Shown: one piece after another, positions 48,725 to 59,079 of the stretch
Numbering within the stretch: position 1 is the first letter of the stretch
Layout of the letters: every line of letters begins with the position of its first letter
Assembly (NCBI GenBank): GCA_046583355.1
Contig: JAYGCM010000017.1
Coordinates: forward strand, 24,162-88,161
Direction: 5' to 3'
DNA: 64,000 nucleotides
Source of the DNA: Deltaproteobacteria bacterium
GTDB lineage: Bacteria > Desulfobacterota > Binatia > UBA12015
Program-made: the position numbers and the translations under genes
Notes under the pieces: model-generated
The model's database searches: none
What the model saw: the letters and a program-made list of their open reading frames with translations, nothing else
Told to the model about the DNA's origin: nothing

Positions 48725-49102
48725 TTATTGCGGTGCTTCCTGTGCGCCCTTCCACGGGCGGAAAACCCCCAGAGCACAGGGCGTGCGCGCAGGGCTGATC
48801 GTATGGATGAACTGGCCGCGGCAGAGCTTGTGCAGGCGGGTATCGTAGGTGAAGCCGCGATCGAAACGCAGGCCGGTGCAGCCGGGCTCCACTACATTCA
48901 CCCATTCTTCGCCGCCATAGAGCCGGAACAGGATCTGTGAGTCGCTGATCGCACGCGTGCTGTGCAATTGCGTGAGCAAGAGACAATCGCGGCTATCGTC
49001 CACGTGCGGCACCGTCTTCGTGTCCACCGCGCAACCCGCCAGCAGTACAAGAAGTGCGCCGCAGGCCAATCGTTTTGCCGAGTTCACCAAAGGTTTCTTC
49101 AC
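48725..49102 (-). CDS. Small lipoprotein (DUF6491-like)
   Basis: Lipobox LAG-C; C...ISDSQILFRLYG...N....C..L...LC...C.LG.F; AGGAGG RBS. Confidence 0.65.
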   Translation of the reverse strand: MKKPLVNSAKRLACGALLVLLAGCAVDTKTVPHVDDSRDCLLLTQLHSTRAISDSQILFRLYGGEEWVNVVEPGCTGLRFDRGFTYDTRLHKLCRGQFIHTISPARTPCALGVFRPWKGAQEAPQ

Positions 49103-49202
49103 GGGCCTGTCCTCCTAGCCTCCTTCTAGCATTGCCGGATGATTCCTCGCATATTCGGCCGGGGCTTGAAATGGGCCGGCGACTCCCGCAAATTCCTTTA
49201 TT

Positions 49203-49541
49203 GTGGGAGCAAATGGAACCGTCCTGCGCGGGCCTTGGCGAAACTCTTCGGCCGACCCCGAGCGTAGCCGTCCTTCGATCCAGGAGGGCGACGCGCCAGT
49301 GCGCCTGTTGCTGGGTTTCCTCACCCGCGAATGTGCTCGCGCGATCGGCCACGAACCCAGCCCGGCCGAATTGGCCGATTGGGCCAACCACCAAAGCGAT
49401 GAGCGCGGCCGCTTCTGCCTCTTCGGCAAGGAAATCAGCCGTGCCGACGCGGCCGTGATTCTTGCTCACCCGACCCGTGAGGTGACTGTGCGCCGGGTCC
49501 GCTTCCGCGGCCGCCACCCAGGCATTCTCGGCAGCGTTTGA
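49203..49541 (+). CDS. Hypothetical protein
   Basis: Protein-like ORF (LGFLTRECARAIGHEPSPAELADWAN...FCLFG) filling the intergenic gap; start uncertain. Confidence 0.45.
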   Translation: MGANGTVLRGPWRNSSADPERSRPSIQEGDAPVRLLLGFLTRECARAIGHEPSPAELADWANHQSDERGRFCLFGKEISRADAAVILAHPTREVTVRRVRFRGRHPGILGSV

Positions 49542-49658
49542 CCCGGCGGACTTCAATCTCCATCATCCGCGGCGGGTGCCGCGCGTGGGTCGCGCGCACG
49601 AAATAAAGGGTTCGTTCGGCGCCAACCGGTGCCGGCTTGTCAGAGGGGGTTTTGTATC

Positions 49659-50429
49659 ATGAGTGAAATTTCGCCGATTCTTGACGCGATCTTCCGGTGG
49701 GCGCATGTCATTGCGCGTATCACCTGGATCGGATTGCTGTATTTCTTCAACTGGGTGAACGCACCGTTGCAGCTGGTTCTCGATGGAGACACCAAAAAAG
49801 CGGTGAATCCAGAACTGCTGCCGCGCGCACTTTTCTGGTTCCGCTGGGGTGCCGCCTGGACCTGGGGCACGGGTGTCCTTTTGCTGATGCTGGTTTTCTA
49901 CCACGGCAAAGCGGTGTCCGAGGATGCGAGTGGTGCGATCGATGGCCCCATGGTCGCCATGATCGCCGTCACCTTCCTCGCGGTTGTTGTGTATGACGCG
50001 ATGATGAAAATCGAGGCGCTCAAGGATATGAAGGCGCTCTTCGCCTTCGCGATCGTCGCGGTCGCGCTCCTGACCTGGCTCTTCGAGTATGTGGGCTTCA
50101 GCTACCGCGGGATGAATATCCACCTCGGCGCTGCCATGGGTACTGCGATGGCCTTCAATGTCTGGATGCGGATCTGGCCCGCGCAGCAGAAGATCATCAC
50201 CGCGGTCAAAGAGGGCAATAAGCCCGAAGCCGCCCTGCTGGCACTGGCCGGCTCGCGCTCCAAGCACAACACCTACATGTCGATTCCGTTGGTCTGGACA
50301 ATGATCAACGCCCACACGGTCGTCCCCTGGGCGTCCTGGGGTTGGTGGGGCCTGACCATCATGGTCGCCATCGGCTTCTGGTTCGGCTCGATGTTCTACC
50401 GCCAAAGCGCCAAGGTGAAGGGCTTCTAG
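49659..50429 (+). CDS. PuuD/urate-oxidase N-terminal-like membrane protein (no cytochrome c domain)
   Basis: RWAHV...WIGLLYFFN, WFRWGAAWTWGTG, MAFNVW..IWPAQ, RSKHNTY. Confidence 0.8.
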   Translation: MSEISPILDAIFRWAHVIARITWIGLLYFFNWVNAPLQLVLDGDTKKAVNPELLPRALFWFRWGAAWTWGTGVLLLMLVFYHGKAVSEDASGAIDGPMVAMIAVTFLAVVVYDAMMKIEALKDMKALFAFAIVAVALLTWLFEYVGFSYRGMNIHLGAAMGTAMAFNVWMRIWPAQQKIITAVKEGNKPEAALLALAGSRSKHNTYMSIPLVWTMINAHTVVPWASWGWWGLTIMVAIGFWFGSMFYRQSAKVKGF

Positions 50430-50453
50430 CCCCACCCGCATCGCGCCAAAACC

Positions 50454-50488
50454 AAGGGCCCGGTTCCAAAAGGAACCGGGCCCTTTTT
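50454..50488 (+). terminator. Rho-independent terminator
   Basis: Perfect stem AAGGGCCCGGTTCC/GGAACCGGGCCCTT, AAAA loop, T-tail. Confidence 0.92.
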
Positions 50489-50626
50489 CGTCGCCTTCAG
50501 GGGACGTGTACCGGAATCTGTCCCCTTCGGCTGCGGTAATTCGGGGCCGGATCTTTCTCCGATGGGCGGAATGCCCTAAGAGAGGAGGGGCGGGTGGCAT
50601 GCGGCCCGTTTGAAGGGGAGAGCAGG

Positions 50627-50992
50627 ATGATCGCGACTGGAGCATTATTGATGGCCCTTGGAGTCATCCTCGGCGCCTTTGGCGCGCACGGCTTGGAGGG
50701 GAAGATCACGCCCGAGAAGATCGAGGTCTTCAAAACCGGCGTGCAATACCACCTCGTGCACGCGCTCGGCATTCTCTTATTGGGTGTTTTTGCCGCTCAA
50801 TTGCGCGAGCCCGCTGGGCTGCTGACGGCGGCCTTCTGGTGCCTGCTGGTCGGAATTCTGCTCTTCTCCGGCAGCATCTACGCGCTGGCGCTGGGTGGTC
50901 CCCGCTGGCTCGGCCCTGTGACGCCGCTGGGCGGCCTCTCTTTTATCGTGGGCTGGACGCTCTTTGCCTGGGTGGCGCTGAAGACCTCTTAG
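50627..50992 (+). CDS. DUF423 (YgdD/TMEM256) membrane protein
   Basis: LGAFGAHGL, YHLVHAL, LFSGSIY, GPVTPLGG. Confidence 0.92.
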   Translation: MIATGALLMALGVILGAFGAHGLEGKITPEKIEVFKTGVQYHLVHALGILLLGVFAAQLREPAGLLTAAFWCLLVGILLFSGSIYALALGGPRWLGPVTPLGGLSFIVGWTLFAWVALKTS

Positions 50993-51007
50993 CGGGCGCC
51001 CGTGTTC

Positions 51008-52525
51008 TCAGGATTGCAGCGCCAAGAGTCCGGCTGCGATCTGGTGGCGCAAATCGCGTTTGAGAATTTTGGCCGATGGGCCCAGCGGCATCGCTTCGAC
51101 CACGGCCCATTCACGGGGCCGCTTGTTGCGCGCGATCGCTGATGCGGCGTGTGCCTTGAGTTCGGCAAGATCGAAGGGCGCGTCGCTGATCGTTTCGATG
51201 ATGGCGACGATCTCTTCGCCATGGACTGGATGCGGGCGGCCGACGACGGCAACGGATGCGACCCAAGGCAGTTCGTTCAATACGGCCTCGATCTCGGCGG
51301 GGTAGATATTATTGCCGCCGCGAATGATCATATCCTTGATTCGGTCGACCACGAAGAGATGGCCTTGCTCGTCGAGCCAGCCGATATCACCCGTATGCAT
51401 CCAGCCGCCACGCAGCGCCTCGGCGGTGGCGGTCTCGTCGTCGAGGTAGCCCTGCATCACGCCGCCGCCACGAACCAGAATCTGGCCGCGTATGCCTTCG
51501 GGCTGTTCGACGTCGGCTTCGTCGACGATGCGGATGGCGCAATCCGGTGCGGCGCGGCCGACACTGCCCAGCACACGGCTGTCGGACGGGGCATTGATCG
51601 TCGCGAGCGTGGCCTCGGTCATGCCGTAGGCCTGGCGGATCTCTGCGCCCAAGCGGGCCTCGGCGCGGTGGACGATCTCGTCGGCCAGTGGTGCGCCGGC
51701 CGCGAGGGCAAGACGCAGCCGCTCGGGCTTGGCGGTATCTACTGGAAGGACACCCCAGCGCGCGAACATGGTCGGCACCGCCGGAATGAAAGTCACGCCT
51801 TCCTCGGCTGCGATCGCCAGCGACTCTGCCGCGTCGAAGCGTGGCGGCAGCACGCAGGTGCCGCCGATCAGGAAGGCCGTGAGCATCGCCGTTCGACAAC
51901 CATAGGAATGCGTGAAGGGAAGAACCCCGAGAATCCGATCGTCTTCATCCAGGCCCAGGGCATCGACGCCGATGACCCGGGTATGGTCGACAAGGGTCTC
52001 CTGCGTAATGGCCGCTCCCTTGGGTTTGCCCGTTGTGCCCGAGGTGTAGAGAATCATGCCTTGCGCACCTGCGCCGACATCTACCGGCCCGTCCAGCCCT
52101 GTGGCGGTGCTGGTGTTCAATTCTTCGACACGCACCAGCTTCGCGTGGCTGCCGGATGCGGCAATGGCGGCGCGGGTGGTGGCTTCGCGATCGGCGTCGA
52201 CAATGGCGAATGCGCAATCGGCATGGCGTAGTCGGAAGCCGATATCGCGCTCGGCAGCCAGCACGGGTGTGGGAACCAGGGTTCCGCCGCCGTAGAGCAC
52301 GCCGAAGAAGACCGCCGGAAAGTCGATTCCGTTGGCGGCCGAGAAGAGTACGCGGTCCTGGGTACGCAGGCCAAGCTCACGGAGGTGCCCGCCGATGCGC
52401 CGCGCGGCGGCTCTTAGTTCGCCATAGGTGGCGGTGCGGCGATGCTCTTCGGTGCGATCGATGATTGCGATTTTGTCGCGGCGGGCCTTAGCGGCGTTCT
52501 CAAGGATTTCGGCAAGCGGGTTCAT
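51008..52525 (-). CDS. AMP-dependent (long-chain) acyl-CoA synthetase
   Basis: YTSGTTGKPKG, AYGMTEA, HTGDIG, DRIKDMIIRGG. Confidence 0.93.
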   Translation of the reverse strand: MNPLAEILENAAKARRDKIAIIDRTEEHRRTATYGELRAAARRIGGHLRELGLRTQDRVLFSAANGIDFPAVFFGVLYGGGTLVPTPVLAAERDIGFRLRHADCAFAIVDADREATTRAAIAASGSHAKLVRVEELNTSTATGLDGPVDVGAGAQGMILYTSGTTGKPKGAAITQETLVDHTRVIGVDALGLDEDDRILGVLPFTHSYGCRTAMLTAFLIGGTCVLPPRFDAAESLAIAAEEGVTFIPAVPTMFARWGVLPVDTAKPERLRLALAAGAPLADEIVHRAEARLGAEIRQAYGMTEATLATINAPSDSRVLGSVGRAAPDCAIRIVDEADVEQPEGIRGQILVRGGGVMQGYLDDETATAEALRGGWMHTGDIGWLDEQGHLFVVDRIKDMIIRGGNNIYPAEIEAVLNELPWVASVAVVGRPHPVHGEEIVAIIETISDAPFDLAELKAHAASAIARNKRPREWAVVEAMPLGPSAKILKRDLRHQIAAGLLALQS

Positions 52526-52663
52526 GGCGGCAGGCATCCACGGCGGTGCGGCAGATGCCTGCAGGCTATGGGGCCGGCGCTAATGTGCAAGTGGGCTGGC
52601 TTTTCGGCCGGACCTCCAGGGCCGCGCCGTTGCACTTTCCGTGCGGCCCTTTAAGACGGAAGC

Positions 52664-53488
52664 ATGGGCCGGCAAGAGAAGAGAGCGCTGCGGGTGGTCG
52701 CGCGTGCATTGTTGGCACTCCTGGTCGTGGGAGCCGTTGTCGTTCCCGCATCGGATGCCGCCGCCACCAAGCCCTCCTTTGCGGCTTTCGCTCGTTTGCT
52801 GGAGACGCATACACGCGAAGGTAAAGTTGCGGGCATCCGCACCGTGCTGGTCGATTATGCCGCGCTTGCGAGCGACCCGGATTACGCCGTCGCGCTCAGC
52901 GCGCTGGCGTCCGCCGATCTGTCGGCACTCAGGACCGACGAGGCGAAGGTCGCCTTCTGGATCAACGCCTACAATCTTCTTGCCTGGAAAGCTGTAGTCG
53001 ATCGCTACCCGCTGGCCAGTATCAGAGACGGCGGGAATTTTTTCTTTCCCATCTGGAAAAAGACAGTCGGCAAGGTTGGTGGGGAGAGCTACTCGCTTGA
53101 CGCCATCGAGCACGGTATTCTGCTTCGAGATTTCCGCGAGCCGCGCGTGCATATGGCATTGGTTTGCGCCTCACTCTCGTGCCCCGATCTGCGCCAGGAG
53201 CCCTATGCGCCGGCGCGTTTGGGCACGCAATTGAACGAGCAGGCCGCACGCTTTCTGGCCAATCGCAGCAAGGGAATGCGGCGCGCGGGCAAGACCGTCG
53301 AAGTCTCGTCGATTTTCAAATGGTTCCGCGATGATTTTCAAAGCGCCGGTGGCGTGGCGACCTGGATCCGCCAGCAGGCCAACCCGGCTACATTGGCTAT
53401 GGTCCCGGACCTCAGCGACCTGCGCCTGCGTTACCTCGATTACGATTGGCGCCTGAACGACACGGCGCGGCTATCGGAGGGGCCTTGA
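52664..53488 (+). CDS. DUF547-domain secreted protein
   Basis: AFWINAYN, SLDAIEH, EPRVHMALVCASLSCP, SSIFKWF, YDWRLN. Confidence 0.9.
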   Translation: MGRQEKRALRVVARALLALLVVGAVVVPASDAAATKPSFAAFARLLETHTREGKVAGIRTVLVDYAALASDPDYAVALSALASADLSALRTDEAKVAFWINAYNLLAWKAVVDRYPLASIRDGGNFFFPIWKKTVGKVGGESYSLDAIEHGILLRDFREPRVHMALVCASLSCPDLRQEPYAPARLGTQLNEQAARFLANRSKGMRRAGKTVEVSSIFKWFRDDFQSAGGVATWIRQQANPATLAMVPDLSDLRLRYLDYDWRLNDTARLSEGP

Positions 53489-53489
53489 G

Positions 53490-53756
53490 ATGCTGCCATT
53501 GGTCGCCGCCGCATTGCTCTTCTATTTCGCCCTTCAGGGCGCACCGCTGCTTGCCTTCCTGCTCCTGGGTGCGGGCTTCCTGCTCAGTGTGGGCCTCGCC
53601 CTACGGCTGGCGAATACTCTGCAAAGCGGTACGGGTGGCCACGCAGAATGGGTACGTGACGTAACGGTCCGGGCCTATGCGATTCGCTCGCCCGGCTGGG
53701 CACTCGCCTGGCTGGTCGTGCTCGCTGGCGCGGCCGCAGGTTTTCTCGCGGACTGA
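53490..53756 (+). CDS. Small membrane hypothetical protein
   Basis: Starts 1 nt after the DUF547 stop; GGAGG RBS; hydrophobic. Confidence 0.5.
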   Translation: MLPLVAAALLFYFALQGAPLLAFLLLGAGFLLSVGLALRLANTLQSGTGGHAEWVRDVTVRAYAIRSPGWALAWLVVLAGAAAGFLAD

Positions 53757-53772
53757 GCCTGGCCGGCGCGGC

Positions 53773-54702
53773 TCATCGTCGACGAGCGATAGCGATCAGC
53801 GTGCCGCCGTGGCCGGCAGCGGTGGCAGCGAGGGTGGCCAGGAGGGCGGGCAGGGCCAGTGCTGTGGCGAGCAGGAGGCTGAGCGCAAGCTCCCCTCGTC
53901 GGCCTTGGACGGGCACTCCTGTCAAGCGCTGGAAGAGGAGATTGGGCGTGGGCAGGAGTGCGTTCAGGGTGCTCTGCAACCAGCCGAAGAGATCGTATTC
54001 GAGCTCCTGATGATGCAGCTGCAAGACCTCGAAGCCGGTTTTTTCGAGTAGGCCGGTGAAGGAGGCGCGGTCGAAATGGTAGAGGTGGCGCGGGACGTCG
54101 AGCGCGAAGCCGAAGCGGCCGTGCAGCCTGGCCTGCCAGCCACCGGCATCCGGGACGGCGACCAGGAGGCGGCCATCTTCGGCCAATGCTGCGTGGGCAC
54201 GTTCGAGCTCGGCTTTGGGGTCGGGGAAATGCTCGAGGCTATGCCAGGAGGTGATCGCGTCGAAGCCTCCTTCGAGGTCTTCGATACTGGCCGCCACTGG
54301 CACGCCGCGTCCGCGGGCGATTTCGGCAGCCTCGCCGCGGTCGGTTCCGGCGATCTCCCAGCCGGCCTCCCGTGCGACCAATGCGAAGGCGCCGCTGCCG
54401 CAGCCGATATCGAGTACGCGTCCGCCGCGTGGCTGCGCCCGTTGCAGCAGGCGCAGGCGTTGTGCGAAACGGAAGCCCTCGCTGGCCCCGTGGCGCTTGC
54501 CCTCGCCGTAATAGGCCGCCCCATAATAGGGGCCCAGGTCGGCCGGCAGTGGCTCGGTATGGCCGAGTCCGCAGGCAATGCAGCGCAGGATCGCGAAATT
54601 CTCGCGGCTCTGCGGGTCGAGCACGGGGGCCCAACGCTTCTGCAACTCTCCGTTGCAGGCGATGCAGGTGCGCGCCGCGCTTTCTTGTTTCGTTCCGTTC
54701 AT
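53773..54702 (-). CDS. Class I SAM-dependent methyltransferase with N-terminal Zn-finger
   Basis: CIAC...CIAC, VLDIGCGSG, WHSLEH, DVPRHLYHF. Confidence 0.88.
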   Translation of the reverse strand: MNGTKQESAARTCIACNGELQKRWAPVLDPQSRENFAILRCIACGLGHTEPLPADLGPYYGAAYYGEGKRHGASEGFRFAQRLRLLQRAQPRGGRVLDIGCGSGAFALVAREAGWEIAGTDRGEAAEIARGRGVPVAASIEDLEGGFDAITSWHSLEHFPDPKAELERAHAALAEDGRLLVAVPDAGGWQARLHGRFGFALDVPRHLYHFDRASFTGLLEKTGFEVLQLHHQELEYDLFGWLQSTLNALLPTPNLLFQRLTGVPVQGRRGELALSLLLATALALPALLATLAATAAGHGGTLIAIARRR

Positions 54703-54806
54703 GCGGCGGCGACCTCCGGCCGCACCTCTACATGCCCTTGCGGGGGTGCCGGGTGCAAATGGTGTTGCATTCGACCTTTGGCGGTGCGCCGGGATAAGCT
54801 CGGCCG

Positions 54807-55382
54807 ATGGCACGGGGAAACCGAGTGGTCCTGATCCGTCATGCCGAGACGGCATGGAGTCGGTCGGGGCAGCATACCTCGTTTACCGATATCCCTATGA
54901 CGGAGGCCGGTCGCGAGGTGGCGCGCGGGCTCGCGCCGGTGCTGGCGGATTGGGATTTTTCGCTCGTATTGACGAGCCCTTTGCAGCGGGCGCGCGAGAC
55001 GGCGGATCTGGCCGGCTTTGGCGCTATCGCCGAGCTTGATGCTGGATTGACTGAGTGGAATTACGGCGCATACGAGGGCATCACGACAGCCGAGATCCGC
55101 GAGACGGTGCCCGGCTGGACGGTTTTTACGCATCCCTGTCCCGGCGGCGAGACGGCCGAGGAGGTCAGCGCACGGGTTGATCTTGTGCTGGAGCGGGCCC
55201 GTGCCGCTGATGGCGATGTCGCGCTTTTCGCGCATGGTCATATCGGCCGCGTTATCGTCAGCCGCTGGAACGGACTCGCCGCGACCGAAGGAAAGCATTT
55301 CGTGCTTTCAACCGGGCGCCTTACGGTGCTCGGTTGGGAACGTGAGAGCCCCGCGATCTTGCGGCTGAACGCCCCGTCCTGA
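54807..55382 (+). CDS. Histidine phosphatase family protein
   Basis: LIRHAET, SPLQRARET, EWNYGAYEG, FAHGH. Confidence 0.92.
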   Translation: MARGNRVVLIRHAETAWSRSGQHTSFTDIPMTEAGREVARGLAPVLADWDFSLVLTSPLQRARETADLAGFGAIAELDAGLTEWNYGAYEGITTAEIRETVPGWTVFTHPCPGGETAEEVSARVDLVLERARAADGDVALFAHGHIGRVIVSRWNGLAATEGKHFVLSTGRLTVLGWERESPAILRLNAPS

Positions 55383-55461
55383 CCGATGGGCAGGTACGGC
55401 TGGCAACTCGCCTAGCCCATCCGTTAGCCATCAATTGCAGTACACCAAGGAGAAGAAGAGC

Positions 55462-56697
55462 ATGGCAATCGATTTTACTTTCCCGCCTGAGGTCGAAGAC
55501 ATCCGGCAGAAGACCGCCCGTTTCATCGAGGAGGTCGTCAAGCCGGCCGAGGCGAAGATACCCGCCGACCGCGGGTCGCACGAGGGCCGCAAGGTGATGA
55601 TCGAGCAGATCATCGAGATGCGCGGCAAGGCCAAGGAGTGGGGGCTATGGCTGCCGCATATGCCGCCGGAGTTCGGTGGCCTCGGGCTCGGCCCGACGGC
55701 AATCGCGGCGATCTCCTCGGAGGCTGCCAAGACTTCCTTCGGCCCCTTCGCGTTGAATTGCCAGGCGCCCGACGAAGGCAATATGCATACGCTCCTGCAC
55801 TTCGGCACCGAGTACCAGCATGAGAAATATCTCCGCATGCTCTGCGAGGGGCGGGGCCGCTCCTGCTTCGCCATGACCGAGCCCGAAGTTGCGGGCTCGG
55901 ACCCTACGCTCATCCAGACCAAAGCGGTCCGCGACGGAGACGATTGGGTCATCAACGGGCATAAATGGTTCATCTCGGGTGCGCTCGGTGCGAAATTCGC
56001 CATCCTGATCGCTTGTACGAACGAGGACGCCGACCCGCCGCAGGCGCGCAATACCGCCTTCATCGTCGACATCCCCAGTGAAGGCTGGGAGGTGGTGCGC
56101 GATATCGGCACCATGTCGGGCGGCCACAACCATTGCGAGATCCGCATCACGGACCTGCGCGTGCCGCATGCGAATATTCTCGGTGGCGAGGGGCAGGGAC
56201 ATCGCCTCGGCCAGGTACGCCTCGGCCCAGCTCGCCTGGCGCATTGTATGCGCTGGATCGGCCAGATCGAGACAGCTCTCAATATGATGATTGATCGAGC
56301 CACCAAGCGCTACGCGCATGGCTCGATGCTCTCCGAGAAGCAAGGCATTCAATGGAAGATTTCCGAGTCGATGATGGAGCTCTACTCGGCCAAGCTGATG
56401 GTCTTGCATGCGGCCTACCTGATTGAGAACAAGCGGGACTTCCGCATTGCTGTCTCGATGTGCAAGCACCACGTCGCCAATACCCTCTGGCGAACCGTCG
56501 ACCGCGCGGTGCAGGTGCATGGTGCCCTGGGCTACTCAACGGATACGCCGCTGGCCCATATGCTCACGCAGGCGCGCTGGTCGCGCTTCGCCGACGGCGC
56601 CGATGAGGTCCACCTCATGCGGATCGCGACCAGCTCGATTGAGTCGTATACGAAAACGGGCAGCGTCAACCCGATGATGGGCGATCTCCCCATTTAA
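55462..56697 (+). CDS. Acyl-CoA dehydrogenase
   Basis: NCQAPDEGNM, FAMTEP, NGHKWFISG, RLGPARLAH, VQVHGALG, ADGADEVH. Confidence 0.95.
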   Translation: MAIDFTFPPEVEDIRQKTARFIEEVVKPAEAKIPADRGSHEGRKVMIEQIIEMRGKAKEWGLWLPHMPPEFGGLGLGPTAIAAISSEAAKTSFGPFALNCQAPDEGNMHTLLHFGTEYQHEKYLRMLCEGRGRSCFAMTEPEVAGSDPTLIQTKAVRDGDDWVINGHKWFISGALGAKFAILIACTNEDADPPQARNTAFIVDIPSEGWEVVRDIGTMSGGHNHCEIRITDLRVPHANILGGEGQGHRLGQVRLGPARLAHCMRWIGQIETALNMMIDRATKRYAHGSMLSEKQGIQWKISESMMELYSAKLMVLHAAYLIENKRDFRIAVSMCKHHVANTLWRTVDRAVQVHGALGYSTDTPLAHMLTQARWSRFADGADEVHLMRIATSSIESYTKTGSVNPMMGDLPI

Positions 56698-56722
56698 GCT
56701 GCCGCGGCCGAAGAAGGACATT

Positions 56723-57697
56723 ATGGCAAAAATACTGGGCAATATTTCCGCACAAGACGACTTCATGCATCCCCTCGGCTCCGAGGAAAATTTCAACGAG
56801 AGCATGTATTTCAACTTCTTCGACCCGAAGCTTCAGGCGGGCGGCTTCGTGCGACTCGGCAATCGGGCGAACGAGGGACGGGCCGAGATGACCACGACGC
56901 TCTACCTGCCCGACGGGCGCGTGCTCTTCATGTTCAAGCGGGCCGCGATCTCGCATAACGATGCCTTTGATGCGGGCGGTATGCGCTTCGAGGTGCTGGA
57001 GCCGGCTGAGAAGCTGCGTACGCAATACGACGGATCGGTCGTGGTACTTGCCGAGCCGCGCGATATGGCCGACCCCAAGAAGGCTTTCTCTTCGAACCCG
57101 GTACAGAAGGTGAAACTCGACCTCGAGCATACGGCGGTTGGGCCGATGTATGGCAGCAAGCAGGACGATACGGAGAGCGACCGCCCAGCCGAGAAGCAAT
57201 TCGGCAAGGCGCATTACGAGCAGCATATGGCGGTGCGGGGGACCATCGAACTTGGCGATGAGACCATCGAGATCGACGGCCTCGGTCTACGCGACCATTC
57301 CTGGGGGCCGCGTTATTGGCAGTCCATCCAGAGCTATGAGTGGTTGACGATGAACTTCGGCAAAAATGCCGGTGCGATGGTTTCGGTCATTCAGCGCGAC
57401 GAGAAAAATATCCGTCGCGGCGGCGTGCTGGTGCGCGACGGCAAGATGGAAGGTCTGGTCGATTGCCAGGTGGATGTCGTCTACGAAGATGGCTCGCCCT
57501 TTCATCGCTCACTCGATGTGCGGGCCAAGACCAGCGGCGGCGAAGACTTTGTCGTGCATGGTGAGGTCAAGAGCTTCATCCCATTGCGCAATCGGCGCGG
57601 CGGTCAGACGACCTATATCGGCGAGGGAATGACGCAATGGACCTGGGGCGGGGAGACCGGCTACGGCCTCTCGGAGCTGCTCCGTACCGGCGACTGA
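56723..57697 (+). CDS. Hypothetical protein, CrtC/tocopherol-cyclase-like two-barrel type
   Basis: NESMYFNF, HYEQ, GLRDHSWGPR. Confidence 0.6.
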   Translation: MAKILGNISAQDDFMHPLGSEENFNESMYFNFFDPKLQAGGFVRLGNRANEGRAEMTTTLYLPDGRVLFMFKRAAISHNDAFDAGGMRFEVLEPAEKLRTQYDGSVVVLAEPRDMADPKKAFSSNPVQKVKLDLEHTAVGPMYGSKQDDTESDRPAEKQFGKAHYEQHMAVRGTIELGDETIEIDGLGLRDHSWGPRYWQSIQSYEWLTMNFGKNAGAMVSVIQRDEKNIRRGGVLVRDGKMEGLVDCQVDVVYEDGSPFHRSLDVRAKTSGGEDFVVHGEVKSFIPLRNRRGGQTTYIGEGMTQWTWGGETGYGLSELLRTGD

Positions 57698-57719
57698 AGG
57701 TGGGGGCTTTGCGCCCCCG

Positions 57720-59075
57720 GTGGCGAAGATGATTCCAGCAGCAGCGGACCACCCCTTTCGTACACGGCCGCATCGCACTTTGCTCGGGCTGGCCCTGCCG
57801 GTGCTGGTCTCGCTCATTGCCGAGCCGCTCACGGGCCTGGTCGATACGGCCTTCGTCTCGCGTCTCGGCACCGAGCCGCTCGCGGCACTCGGCGTCGGTA
57901 CCGTATTGCTCTCCAGTCTTTTCTGGGTCTTCAATTTCCTCGGTATCGGTACCCAGAGCTCGGTCGCCAAGGCGCTGGGGGCCGGGCGCGCGGCCGAGGC
58001 ACGCTCGGTAGCCGCGACCTCGATTGTCACAGCGCTTGTCCTTGGCGTGGTTGTCGCTGGCCTGGCCTTTCCCTTTCTCGACCGGCTGGTGGGCTTCATG
58101 GGGGCGACCAGCGAGATGCACGAGGGTGCGCTGGTCTATCTGCGCATTCGTCTTCTCGGCGCCCCGGCCATCCTGCTGATTCTCGCGTCCTTCGGTGCCC
58201 TGCGGGGGCGCCAGAATATGCGCACGCCGCTCTATATCGCCGTCGGCCTCAACGTGCTGAATGTGGCGCTCGATGGCTTGTTGATCTTCGGCTGGGGGCC
58301 CGTTCCGGCCTTCGGCCTGGCGGGTGCAGCGAGCGCGAGTGTGTTCAGCCAATGGGCCGGCGCCTTGGTCGCCGTGGCCGCCGCCACGAGCGGTTTGGGC
58401 GGGCGGGGGCGTGTCGAACTCAGGGCGCTGCGCGAACTTTTCATTGTTGGCCGCGACCTCGTGGTGCGGACGGGCTCGTTGTTGCTCTTTTTGTTGTTGG
58501 CGACGCGCGAGGCCACCTTGCTTGGCAATGACGCGGCGGCGGCGCACCAGGCGGTGCGTCAGGTGTGGATGTTCGGCGCCTTCCTGCTCGATGCGTGGGC
58601 GGCGAGCGCACAAAGTCTGGTCGGCTTCTTTCTTGGCGCAGGGCAGCGCGATGTTGCGCGGCGGGTCGCCGGTGTTGCCACGGGCTGGGCACTTCTCTCG
58701 GGCGTGGCGCTGGCCGCTGCGATGTTTGCCGGGGAGGGCGCGATCGTCTGGCTGGTGGTGCCCCTCGAGGCCGAAGAAGCGTTTGCGGCCATTTGGTGGA
58801 TCTCGGCCATCGCCCAGCCGCTCAATGCACTTTCCTTTGTGACCGATGGCATTCATTGGGGGACCGGCGACTACCGGTATCTGCGCAATGTGATGCTGCT
58901 GGCGACAGTTTTTGGTGCGACGGCATTGCTGACATTACCGCCAGGCTGGACAGGTGTGCTGCCGCTGATCTGGTGGATCACGATGGCCTGGATTGGTGTG
59001 CGCGCCGCCTTCGGCCTGTTGCGCATCTGGCCCGGGATCGGTGCGGCGCCGCTTGTGGTCGGCACGGGGAAATAG
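57720..59075 (+). CDS. MATE (DinF-like) efflux transporter
   Basis: EPLTGLVDTAFV, GALRG.QNMRTPL, AHQ, about 12 TMs. Confidence 0.92.
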   Translation: MAKMIPAAADHPFRTRPHRTLLGLALPVLVSLIAEPLTGLVDTAFVSRLGTEPLAALGVGTVLLSSLFWVFNFLGIGTQSSVAKALGAGRAAEARSVAATSIVTALVLGVVVAGLAFPFLDRLVGFMGATSEMHEGALVYLRIRLLGAPAILLILASFGALRGRQNMRTPLYIAVGLNVLNVALDGLLIFGWGPVPAFGLAGAASASVFSQWAGALVAVAAATSGLGGRGRVELRALRELFIVGRDLVVRTGSLLLFLLLATREATLLGNDAAAAHQAVRQVWMFGAFLLDAWAASAQSLVGFFLGAGQRDVARRVAGVATGWALLSGVALAAAMFAGEGAIVWLVVPLEAEEAFAAIWWISAIAQPLNALSFVTDGIHWGTGDYRYLRNVMLLATVFGATALLTLPPGWTGVLPLIWWITMAWIGVRAAFGLLRIWPGIGAAPLVVGTGK

Positions 59076-59079
59076 GTCC

